The position numbers were made by a program, and so were the translations under genes. From the NCBI GenBank assembly GCA_963849325.1, contig CAWKHF010000007.1, forward strand, positions 544,001 to 608,000: DNA of 64,000 nt. The letters are read 5' to 3'. Of this stretch, positions 55,799 through 64,000 are shown one piece after another (the first letter of the stretch is position 1; each line of letters starts with the position of its first letter). This stretch comes from an uncultured Planctomycetota bacterium (GTDB lineage Bacteria; Planctomycetota; Planctomycetia; Gemmatales; Gemmataceae). Under the pieces are notes generated by a model that saw only the letters and a program-made list of their open reading frames with translations, was not told the origin of the DNA and ran no database searches.

Positions 55799-56707
55799 AT
55801 GGTTTTCCGCGCCTTTTTCGAGAAGCTCAAAGCCGGATTGACCAAGACGCGCGGCGTCTTCTCCGGCATCGCTTCGCTGTTCCGCCTGCGCGGCAAGGTG
55901 GACCGCGATTTCCTCAGCGAGCTGGAGAAACGCCTGTACCTGGCCGACGTCGGCACCGCCGCCACCAGCGAAATCATCGACAAGGTCCGCCAGTCCTTCC
56001 TCGACAAGGACATCACCGGCGACGTCGAGGCGTTCGTCAAGCAGCAGCTGAAGGACATGCTCACGACCGGCGAGGGGCTGCGCTACAGTGCGAACGGGCC
56101 GACGGTGGTGATGGTGGCCGGCGTCAACGGCTCGGGCAAAACGACGTCGATCGCCAAGCTGGCGCGACGGCTCCAGCAGGACGGTAAGAAAGTCCTCGTC
56201 GCTGCCTGCGATACCTTCCGCGCCGCGGCGGTCGAGCAGCTGACCATCTGGAGCGAGCGCATCGGCTGCGAGATCGTCAAGAATCAGCAGGGCAGCGACC
56301 CCGCCAGTGTGGCCCACGATGCCTGCGAGCGGGCCAAGGCGCGCGGCTTCGACGTGCTCATCGTGGACACCGCCGGCCGACTGCACACGCAGACCCACCT
56401 GATGCGCGAGCTGGAGAAGATCCATCGCGTCGTGACCCGACAGATCGAGGGGGCGCCGCACGAGGTGCTGCTGGTGCTCGACGCCACCACCGGCCAGAAC
56501 GCCATCGCCCAGGCGGAGAACTTCAAGAAGACGGTGCAGTGCAGCGGCATCATCCTGGCCAAGCTCGACGGCACCGCCAAGGGCGGCGCCATCTTCGCCA
56601 TCAAGCAGAAGCTCGGTCTGCCGGTCAAGTTCGTCGGCGTCGGCGAGAAGCTCGACGACCTCGAACCGTTCGACCCCGATTCCTACGTCGAAGCCCTGTT
56701 TAGCTGA
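55799..56707 (+). CDS. ftsY: SRP receptor FtsY (NG domain only)
   Basis: GVNGSGKTT; DTFRAAA; DTAGR; DATTGQN; KLDGTAKGG. Confidence 0.97.
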   Translation: MVFRAFFEKLKAGLTKTRGVFSGIASLFRLRGKVDRDFLSELEKRLYLADVGTAATSEIIDKVRQSFLDKDITGDVEAFVKQQLKDMLTTGEGLRYSANGPTVVMVAGVNGSGKTTSIAKLARRLQQDGKKVLVAACDTFRAAAVEQLTIWSERIGCEIVKNQQGSDPASVAHDACERAKARGFDVLIVDTAGRLHTQTHLMRELEKIHRVVTRQIEGAPHEVLLVLDATTGQNAIAQAENFKKTVQCSGIILAKLDGTAKGGAIFAIKQKLGLPVKFVGVGEKLDDLEPFDPDSYVEALFS

Positions 56708-56756
56708 GCCGCGACCGTCAGGGAGCGCTGCTCCCCGCTCCCTGACGGTCGCGGCT
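56707..56756. repeat. REP doublet (GCCGCGACCGTCAGGGAGC type)
   Basis: Inverted pair directly after the ftsY stop. Confidence 0.9.
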
Positions 56757-56915
56757 GGGTTCGGGTTCTGTATTGACAACCAGCGCACCGGATCGCTACA
56801 ACTCCTCCCCTTCGTTGGATGTCTGTTGCCTTGCCGCGCTCTCTTTCGGGTCCGGGGTGTGCAACCCGCGGGACCGCGAAGGGAGGGTTCGCGTCGAGGA
56901 CAAGGGGGCGCGAGG

Positions 56916-57776
56916 ATGGGGCAACCGTGTCAAGGCGCGGAATGGGCGAAGCGCGGCTGGCAGGCAACCTTCTTGCTGCTGGGCCTGGCCGCCGGCTGCG
57001 GTACCGCGCGCGTCAGCGACACGACGCGCACGGCCACCGAACAACTGTTGATCTCCCACTCCATCGACAACACGGTCTCCAAGCTCGATTTCCGCATCCT
57101 GAACGGGAAAAAAGTCTATCTCGATCCGCAATATCTGGATGGCGTGACGGACAAGGGCTACCTCATCAGTTCGCTGCGGCAGCACTTGCTGGCGTGTGGC
57201 TGCCTGTTGCAGGAAGAGCGGAAGAATGCTGGCTACGTGGTGGAAGCGCGGGCCGGCAGCGTCGGCACGGATCGCAACGACATGCTCGTCGGCGTGCCCC
57301 AGATGATGATCCCCTCGTTCATGCCGGGCATCCCCGGCGGCATGATCCCGGAAATCGCGGTGGCCAAGAAGACCAACCGCCGCGCCGTCGCCAAGATCGC
57401 CGTGTTCGCTTACAACCGGGTCAACGGCGAACCCGTCTGGCAATCCGGCGTCCTCGAAGCGGTCGCCAGCGAACGCAACAGTTGGCTGTGCGGCACCGGC
57501 CCCTTCCAGCGCGGCACCCTGATCCAGGGCACCGCGTTTGACGACCAGCGCATCGTCGTGCCGGTGCTCGATAAGCAAAGCCACGAGCCGACCTACGCGG
57601 TGGTTTCCGTGACGCAGCCCGCCTGCTGGCGATCCGGCCCGCTGCCCGACGCGGACCCCAATCCGCCGAAAACGAAACCGGCGCGCGAACCGAACGCCCC
57701 CGCCGGCGACAGCAAGGTGGTTCAGGCGTCCGACGCCCCGCCCAGTTCCGATCCGGCGGCGGAGAAGTCCGAGTAG
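56916..57776 (+). CDS. Predicted lipoprotein (DUF6655-like)
   Basis: LAAGC lipobox; RTATEQLLIS; YLISSLRQHL; EARAGSVGTD; AKIAVFAYN. Confidence 0.65.
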   Translation: MGQPCQGAEWAKRGWQATFLLLGLAAGCGTARVSDTTRTATEQLLISHSIDNTVSKLDFRILNGKKVYLDPQYLDGVTDKGYLISSLRQHLLACGCLLQEERKNAGYVVEARAGSVGTDRNDMLVGVPQMMIPSFMPGIPGGMIPEIAVAKKTNRRAVAKIAVFAYNRVNGEPVWQSGVLEAVASERNSWLCGTGPFQRGTLIQGTAFDDQRIVVPVLDKQSHEPTYAVVSVTQPACWRSGPLPDADPNPPKTKPAREPNAPAGDSKVVQASDAPPSSDPAAEKSE

Positions 57777-57857
57777 GCGCTGCGTTCGCTTTTTTCGTCG
57801 TTATGCCCTATCTTTTCCTTGTTCGGCGGAACGAGGTACAGGGGAGGATCGCCGCGC

Positions 57858-58808
57858 ATGAGCGACATCTGCCTGGTGACGGGAGGAGCGGGGTTTATCG
57901 GCTCGCACCTGGTTGAATCGCTGGTTCGGCAGGGCCGGCGCGTGCGCGTGCTCGACGACTTCAGCACGGGCCTGCGCGCCAACCTGGTACACGTCCATCC
58001 GGGGCCGGAGATCGTCGAGGGCGACGTCGCCGACGCCGCCGCGGTGCAGCGAGCGACGAACGGCGTCGGCATGGTCTTCCACTTAGCCGCGTTGGCCTCG
58101 GTGCAGCGCAGCGTCGAGGCGCCCGGCGACACGCATCGCGTCTGCGCCACCGGCACCCTTCACGTCCTCGACGCCGCCCGCCGCGCCGGCGTGCGCCGCG
58201 TCGTCTACGCCGCCAGCAGCAGCGCCTACGGCATTCCCGCCGGCGAGGTGCAGAGCGAAGACGATCCCGTCCAGCCACTGTCGCCCTACGCTGCCGCCAA
58301 GCTGGCCGGCGAGCTGTACGCCCAGTCCTTCACCGCCGCCTATGGCCTGGAGACGGTACGGCTGCGGTTCTTCAACATCTTCGGCCCGCGTCAGCGGGCG
58401 GACAGTCCCTATTCGGGCGTGATCGCCCTGTTTACCGCGGCGCTGACGGCGGGGCGGACGCCAAGCATCTACGGCGATGGCCTGCAATCGCGCGATTTCA
58501 CGTTCGTCACCGATGTGGTGCAAGCCCTGACGCGGGCCGCCGACGCCCCCAACGCATCGGGGCAGGTTTACAACATCGGCACGGGCCGCGGCACCAACCT
58601 GCTCGACCTGGTTGCGGCCCTCAATCGACAACTCGGCACGAACATTGCGCCGCGACACGCTCCCGCTCGCCTCGGCGACGTGCGCCATTCCCGCGCCGAT
58701 ATCTCCCGTGCCCGCCGGGATCTGGGCTTCGAGCCGGTCGTCCCCTTCGAGGACGGTCTCGCCCAAACGTTGCGCTGGTATCGCCAACAGTCAGGGCCGC
58801 GATCATGA
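57858..58808 (+). CDS. NAD-dependent nucleotide-sugar epimerase/dehydratase
   Basis: TGGAGFIGSH; SSSAYG; YAAAK; RFFNIFGPRQ; RDFT. Confidence 0.93.
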   Translation: MSDICLVTGGAGFIGSHLVESLVRQGRRVRVLDDFSTGLRANLVHVHPGPEIVEGDVADAAAVQRATNGVGMVFHLAALASVQRSVEAPGDTHRVCATGTLHVLDAARRAGVRRVVYAASSSAYGIPAGEVQSEDDPVQPLSPYAAAKLAGELYAQSFTAAYGLETVRLRFFNIFGPRQRADSPYSGVIALFTAALTAGRTPSIYGDGLQSRDFTFVTDVVQALTRAADAPNASGQVYNIGTGRGTNLLDLVAALNRQLGTNIAPRHAPARLGDVRHSRADISRARRDLGFEPVVPFEDGLAQTLRWYRQQSGPRS

Positions 58809-58972
58809 GGAGTGGTTTGGCACCGCTTCCTCACGGTCGCGGCTCCGAACCAGGCCTGATGCTCACCCGCAGGACTTCCTGCCTGCTCTTGTGCTTTCCG
58901 GCCGAAAACGGTATAGCCGCATCGTCTCGGTTTGCGCGCGTGGCGACGTTAGACAGGTCAGGAGGACCGCGA

Positions 58973-60061
58973 ATGCCCATCCTGGAAGCGCGAGGACTGG
59001 TGAAGTATTACGGCCGGCGGAAGGTCGTGGACGGCGTCAATTTCGAGGTCGATGTTGGCGAGGTCGTCGGTTTGCTCGGACCGAACGGCGCCGGCAAGAC
59101 GACCAGCTTTCGCATGACCACCGGACAGGTGACCCCCAACGAGGGCAAGGTCTTTTTCGCCGGCCACGAAGTTACGCGCCTGCCCATGTACCGGCGTGCT
59201 CGCCTCGGTATGGGCTACCTGGCCCAGGAAACCAGCGTCTTCCGCAAGCTGACCGTCGAGCAGAACATCCTCGCTATCCTCGAAGCGATCCCGGCCTATC
59301 GCAGCCTCGGCCGCAAGCTCAGCAAGGCCGAACGCTTTCAGAAGACCGACGAGGTGCTGGAGAAATTCGGACTCAGCCATCTGCGCAAGAACAACGCCGC
59401 CCGCCTGTCCGGCGGCGAGAAGCGCCGGCTCGAAATCGCCCGCTGCCTCGTCTGCGATCCACTGCTCATCCTGCTCGACGAGCCGTTCACCGGCATCGAT
59501 CCGCAGACCATTGAGGACATCCAGCACATCGTCCGCGGCCTACGCGACGAGGGCATCGGCATCCTGGTGACCGACCATCGGGTGCGCGAAATTCTCACGA
59601 TTACGGATCGCAGTTATCTCATCAAGGGCGGCCGCGTCGTCACGCACGGCACGCCGCAACAGATCGTCCGCGACCCCATCGCCATCAGCGAGTACCTGGG
59701 CAACAGCTTCACCGACGACGCCCTGGCCCGCTCGGCGGCCGTTCCCGGCGAACCACCGCCTCCGCCGGCCGTCCAGGCCATTCACCAGGTCGTGGAACGC
59801 GAGAAGGTACACCGTCTCATCGATCGCCTGCAGGCCAACGATGCGACCGCTGTCGCCGAGTTGCTCCAGCACGGCGCCGGCGCCATTCCCACTCTGCTCG
59901 AAGCGCTGGAACGCCGAGATGTCGAGCTGCGCCGTCAGGCCTTCGAGGTGTTGCAGCGCCTGCTCGGCGGTCACGCCGAATTCGACCCCTACGCGCCGGA
60001 AGCACAACGGAGACAGCAGATCGCCCATTTGCGCGAACGTACCGAGCGCAAGGCGGGTTGA
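58973..60061 (+). CDS. lptB: LPS export ABC ATPase with about 110-aa C-terminal helical extension
   Basis: GPNGAGKTT; LPMYRRARLG.GYLAQE.SVFRKLTV; LSGGEKRRLEIAR; DEPF.GIDP; TDH.VRE; YLG. Confidence 0.9.
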   Translation: MPILEARGLVKYYGRRKVVDGVNFEVDVGEVVGLLGPNGAGKTTSFRMTTGQVTPNEGKVFFAGHEVTRLPMYRRARLGMGYLAQETSVFRKLTVEQNILAILEAIPAYRSLGRKLSKAERFQKTDEVLEKFGLSHLRKNNAARLSGGEKRRLEIARCLVCDPLLILLDEPFTGIDPQTIEDIQHIVRGLRDEGIGILVTDHRVREILTITDRSYLIKGGRVVTHGTPQQIVRDPIAISEYLGNSFTDDALARSAAVPGEPPPPPAVQAIHQVVEREKVHRLIDRLQANDATAVAELLQHGAGAIPTLLEALERRDVELRRQAFEVLQRLLGGHAEFDPYAPEAQRRQQIAHLRERTERKAG

Positions 60062-60107
60062 CAACGGCCGTGCCATCTGTCATTTCCACAGAGGAATTCT
60101 TTTTTCA

Positions 60108-60164
60108 CCAGCCCGGAGCGTCAGCGACGGGTTACGCCAACCCGTCGCTTGCGCTCCGGGCTGG
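60108..60164. repeat. REP-like palindrome pair (GC-GTCA-GC)
   Basis: Imperfect 26-bp inverted repeat. Confidence 0.8.
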
Positions 60165-60181
60165 CGGCCGCGAGGTACACC

Positions 60182-60661
60182 ATGAGTACGAACCTGACGT
60201 CCTTGCTCGACAACTATCTCGACGGGCCGCGACTGGTCCGCGAGGCTGTCCGCGGCCTGGACCGGACCCAGCTGCTGGCCCGACCCGTCGCCGGCAAGTG
60301 GAGCACGCTGGAAGTCGTCTGCCATCTCGCCGACTTCGAGCCGATCCTGGCTGACCGCATGAAGCGCATCCTCGCGGAGGAGCGACCGCAACTCCTCGGC
60401 GCCGACGAAGCCCGTTTCGCGGCCGCACTGGCCTATCACGAGCGCGAACTGGAAGAAGAGCTGGCGATCATTGAGCATACGCGGTCGCAGATGGCGCGTA
60501 TCCTGCGCACGATGCCGGTCGAGGCGCTGCGACGTGTCGGGGTGCATAGCGAGCGCGGCCCGCTTACCCTGGAACAACTCTTGACCGGCGCCGTCAGCCA
60601 CATCCCGCATCACGTCCGGTTCATCTACGAGAAGCGCCAGGCGCTGGGTTTGCCGGCGTGA
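60182..60661 (+). CDS. DinB/YfiT-family protein
   Basis: GKWS..EVVCHLADFE; H..HH near the C-terminus. Confidence 0.88.
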   Translation: MSTNLTSLLDNYLDGPRLVREAVRGLDRTQLLARPVAGKWSTLEVVCHLADFEPILADRMKRILAEERPQLLGADEARFAAALAYHERELEEELAIIEHTRSQMARILRTMPVEALRRVGVHSERGPLTLEQLLTGAVSHIPHHVRFIYEKRQALGLPA

Positions 60662-60694
60662 ACAGGGCCGCGAAGAAGTTGTTTCCCCACCAAC

Positions 60695-60741
60695 CCGGAG
60701 CGTCCGCGACGAGTTCGCCTACCTCGTCGCGGACGCTCCGG
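60695..60741. repeat. REP-like hairpin
   Basis: CCGGAGCGTCCGCGACGAG / CTCGTCGCGGACGCTCCGG perfect inverted repeat. Confidence 0.8.
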
Positions 60742-60944
60742 ACGGGTAGGAAAATCGCCGCGAAAAGGGGGACCGGGCGGCTCGTTTTCGCCGCCCCGAC
60801 ATGCCCATAAAAATCTATCCTGTAAAGGTTTTCGGATAGCTTGACGAGTCGTCTCAATTTTTCTACGAAGAGAATACCTTGGGGCGTCCCGGGGCGGCGG
60901 ACGCTGCCTTGGCCGCACCGTTGGGGTCTGGGCCGCAGAAAGAC

Positions 60945-61046
60945 GGTTCACGCCGATAATACGGCTGACCGACGCGAAAATCCTCCACGGCCCGCTGGCC
61001 GTGGTCGTATGAAAACACAGGTCCACGCCGATAAGACGGGGGACCG
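60945..61046 (+). repeat. Two 27-nt direct repeats, each a hairpin, 75 nt apart
   Basis: GGTTCACGCCGATAATACGGCTGACCG and GGTCCACGCCGATAAGACGGGGGACCG (23/27 identical). Confidence 0.75.
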
Positions 61047-61096
61047 GCAGGATGCGTCCCTCCGCTTGTGGCATTCTCTTGATCGAGGACATTCCG

Positions 61097-61450
61097 ATGT
61101 TCGCTGGCAAACTGTTGATCCCATCCTGGTTGGAGGCGGAAACGGAGGCGCCCGAAGGGCTGCCGCCCGGCCTCGATCCCGCCCCGGTCTACGCGATCCG
61201 CTCCCGCGATGAGGAGGAGGACGAGGACGAAGAGGACGACGACGACCTGGACGACGACGACGACGACCTCGACGATGACGAGGACTTCGACGACGACCTC
61301 GATGACGACGAGGACTTCGACGACGACGAGGACTTCGACGACGACGAGGACTTCGACGACGAGGACTTCGACGACGAGGACGTCGATGACGATGACCTCG
61401 ACGACGACGAGGATGAGGACGAAGAGGATATCGACGACGAGGGCGTCTGA
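61097..61450 (+). CDS. Small, extremely acidic low-complexity protein
   Basis: GAGGA SD; about 37-aa head, then about 80 residues of D/E with periodic F/L (DDDEDF repeats). Confidence 0.65.
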   Translation: MFAGKLLIPSWLEAETEAPEGLPPGLDPAPVYAIRSRDEEEDEDEEDDDDLDDDDDDLDDDEDFDDDLDDDEDFDDDEDFDDDEDFDDEDFDDEDVDDDDLDDDEDEDEEDIDDEGV

Positions 61451-61462
61451 GAATCGATTCCC

Positions 61463-61514
61463 CAAGCCGCTTGCGGCTTAGCGTGTGCCGCCGCCCGCTA
61501 AGCCGCAAGCGGCC
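61463..61514. repeat. REP-like palindrome pair (GCCGCTTGCGGCTTAGC)
   Basis: Inverted pair after the acidic-protein gene. Confidence 0.8.
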
Positions 61515-61672
61515 GCGAAGGACTTTCTTCCGATTCGGCCCTGTCGAGACGGCGCGACATCCTTTGCACTTCCTTCGACTCCGGTTATAATCAGAAACGA
61601 ACTGGGAACGGGGGCGTCCACCCGTGCGAGGGTTCATCTCCTCGCCCGACCGGACCATGCAGGGGGAAGCCA

Positions 61673-62110
61673 ATGGCGCAATCAGGCAAGCACTTCAATG
61701 ACGGGCCCGAGTCTTCTTCCACCACCGGCCAGCCGTCGGCTCGCGTGCCCGATCAGCACCAGCTGGATTTCGAGCTGGAATTCTTCGAGGCTGTCCTCGG
61801 CCGTTGCCCCGACTATGTCGATGTCTTGCGCATCATGGGCAACCTGCTGACGCTCAAGGGGCGTTTCGCCGACGGTCTGCAGATCGACAAGCGCCTGGTG
61901 CAGCTGCGGCCCAACGACGCGCTGGCGCACTACAACCTCGCTTGCAGTTACGCCCTGCTGAAGCGGCCCGAGCAATCGCTCAAGACCCTGCGCCGCGCCG
62001 TCGAGCTGGGCTACCGCGACTTCCGTTACATGAAGGAAGATCACGACCTCGACTCGATTCGCCACGACCCGCGTTTCCGGCAATTGCTCCGGGAATACGA
62101 GAAGCGCTAG
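61673..62110 (+). CDS. TPR-repeat protein
   Basis: AHYNLACSYAL; L.RAVELGY; D.DLDSIR.DPRF. Confidence 0.85.
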   Translation: MAQSGKHFNDGPESSSTTGQPSARVPDQHQLDFELEFFEAVLGRCPDYVDVLRIMGNLLTLKGRFADGLQIDKRLVQLRPNDALAHYNLACSYALLKRPEQSLKTLRRAVELGYRDFRYMKEDHDLDSIRHDPRFRQLLREYEKR

Positions 62111-62164
62111 AGAACGATCGGCAATCCGCAAGGACGAAGGATTCCGGATCGCTGAGAGCTGTTC

Positions 62165-63173
62165 ATGGACATCCTCTCCCGGGGTGACGGTGCCCTGTTT
62201 GGCGATCCGTCCGCGGACCACGCTCGCCAATTCTTCGCCGCCAAGCCGCGAGCTTTGCTCGACAAGGTCATGACCGTGGCCGACGCCGTGCGGCGGTTCG
62301 TCCACGACGGCGATTACTTCGCCAGCGGCGGCTTCGGCTGCGCCCGCATTCCGACGGCCGTGCTGCACGAGCTGCTGCGCCAGGGCCGGCAGCGTCTGCG
62401 CTTCGCCGGCCACACGGCGACGCACGACTTTCAGATTTTGCTGCGCCGGCAACGGCCTGGGACGCGGGCAGACGTTGGCGGCGGTGGACATCGCCTACGT
62501 CGTCGGCCTGGAAGCGCGCGGCCTGTCGCCGCAGGCGCGGCGCGTCATGGAGTCGGGTGAGGTCGCCTGCACGGAGTGGACGAATTACACTCTGGCCGTG
62601 CGCTTCAAGGCGGCGGCGATGGGCGTGCCCTTTTTGCCGGTGCGCTCCCTGCTCGGCACGGACACCTTTCGCCACAGCGCCGCCTGCGCCGTCGCCTGCC
62701 CGTTCAGCGGCGCGACGGTGGCGCTGGTGCCGGCCCTGTACCCCGACGTGGCGGCCATCCACGTCCATGAAGCGGATCGCTACGGCAACTGCCGTATCCG
62801 CGGCACCACCGTCGCCGATCTCGACCTGGCGCGGGCGGCCAAGCGGCTGATCGTCACCTGCGAACGCCTCATCCCCAGCGACGACATCCGCCAAGACCCC
62901 AGCCGCACCGTCATCCCGTTCTTCTGTGTCGATGCCGTCTGCGAGGTGCCCTTCGGCAGCTATCCCGGCAACATGCCGTATGAGTATTTCTCCGACGAGG
63001 AGCACCTTCGCCGCTGGCTGGACGTCGAGAAGGACGTGGACACGTTCCGGGACTTTCTGGAGACGCACATCTACGGCGTGCGCGATTTCACGGAGTACGT
63101 GCAGCGCTGCGGCGGCCTGGCGCGCCTACAAGAACTGCGACGTCACGAGTTCTTGTTGCATCGAGGTCTGTAG
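62165..63173 (+). CDS. Family I CoA-transferase subunit A (GctA/CatI-like; indel near 62440)
   Basis: DK.MTVADAV...V.DGD; RFKAAAMGVPFLP; PDVAAIHV..AD.YGN; VDAVCE.PFG.YP. Confidence 0.85.
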
Positions 63174-63178
63174 TTGAT

Positions 63179-63235
63179 CCGAGCCGCGAGCGTCAGCGAG
63201 GGGGGCAGGTCCGCTCGCTGACGCTCGCGGCTCGG
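63179..63235. repeat. REP-like palindrome pair (GC-GTCA-GC) between the CoA-transferase subunits
   Basis: CCGAGCCGCGAGCGTCAGCGAG / CTCGCTGACGCTCGCGGCTCGG. Confidence 0.85.
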
Positions 63236-63249
63236 CAGGGAACGTTGTC

Positions 63250-64000
63250 ATGTCCGCCGCCTACAACGCGATGGAATTGATGATCTGCTGTGCCGCGCGT
63301 CTGCTGGAGGATGGGCGGACGGCGGCGGTCGGCACCGGCGTGCCGTGCGCCGCCGCCATGCTGGCCCAGCGTACCCATGCTCCGCACCTGGTCATCCTCT
63401 TCGAGGCCGGTGGCGTCGCGCCGCAGTTGCCGACCATGCCCATTAGCGTCGGTGATTCGCGCTCCTTCCACCGTGCCGTGATGGCCACCAGCATGGCCGA
63501 CATTATGGAGACCTGCCAACGCGGTCTGATCGATTACACCTTCCTCGGCGGCGCCCAGATCGACGCCTACGGCAACCTCAATTCCACCTTGATCGGTGGC
63601 GATTACGTCCGGCCGAAGGTGCGTCTGCCGGGCAGCGGCGGAGCTAATGACCTCGCCTCGTTCTGCTGGCGCATCTTCGTCGTCACCAACCACGACCGTC
63701 GCCGTTTCGTTGAGAAGCTCGATTTCCTGACGACGCCGGGCTACTTGACCGGCCCCGGCGCCCGCGAGGCCGCCGGTTTGTCGCCGGGCGCCGGACCTTA
63801 CCGCGTCATCACGGACCTGGCCGTGATGGGCTACGACGACCAGACCAAGCGCATGCAGGTACACAGCCTGCACCCCGGCGTCACGCTCGAACAGGTCCGC
63901 GCCGCCACCGGCTTCGAGTTGGGCGTCTGCGAGACGCTGGCCGTCACCGAGCCGCCTACGCCGGAGGAACTCCTCATTCTGCGCGAAGAAGTCGATCCCC
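63250..64000 (+). CDS. Family I CoA-transferase subunit B (GctB/CatJ-like; runs off the window)
   Basis: Own translation: ELMICCAAR; VGTGVP; FEAG; FLGGAQID.YGNLNST; RLPGSGGAND; FVEKLDFLTTPG; VITDLAV. Confidence 0.88.
   Translation, partial: MSAAYNAMELMICCAARLLEDGRTAAVGTGVPCAAAMLAQRTHAPHLVILFEAGGVAPQLPTMPISVGDSRSFHRAVMATSMADIMETCQRGLIDYTFLGGAQIDAYGNLNSTLIGGDYVRPKVRLPGSGGANDLASFCWRIFVVTNHDRRRFVEKLDFLTTPGYLTGPGAREAAGLSPGAGPYRVITDLAVMGYDDQTKRMQVHSLHPGVTLEQVRAATGFELGVCETLAVTEPPTPEELLILREEVDP

Noticed and set aside
60945-61046. Mini CRISPR array
   Set aside because: Only two imperfect repeats and no cas genes in the window. Kept as a candidate structured RNA instead.
60863-61481. Val-rich (minus strand) and Thr/Arg-rich (plus strand) ORFs over the acidic tract
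   Set aside because: Alternative frames of the GAC/GAG repeat. The D/E frame has the SD and typical codon usage.

Overview
High-GC bacterial chromosomal segment. The gene content points to a planctomycete, probably Gemmataceae-like (inference): a DUF1559 prepilin-like protein, DUF1080, a degenerate sulfatase, expanded TolC-like proteins, a short Rho and ThyX. Most of the window is housekeeping and metabolic genes: Lhr helicase with a metallophosphoesterase, thrS, ligA, ndk, rho, thyX, hutH, trmB, a fabZ-like gene, a purine-salvage trio, glgB, sdhAB, nusB, ftsY, lptB and CoA-transferases. About 20 genes, including essential ones, are split by small indels. This is most simply read as uncorrected long-read error, so several ORF-track fusions and truncations are artefacts. 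No rRNA, tRNA, CRISPR array or intact transposase was found. Best leads: (1) a hairpin just upstream of the thrS ribosome-binding site whose 7-nt loop displays the Thr anticodon UGU, a candidate tRNA-mimic autoregulatory operator; (2) three tandem TolC-family paralogues with no adjacent pump or adaptor, followed by a secreted Tyr/Pro-rich protein; (3) many palindromic repeats, including a MITE-like element nested in a heptamer-repeat hairpin and an in-frame heptamer palindrome inside Lhr; (4) a duplicated 27-nt hairpin upstream of an extremely acidic small protein; (5) an HNH nuclease with an antitoxin-like partner, and an Rrf2/haem-c divergon with a visible operator. Family assignments come from motif recognition by eye, not database searches.
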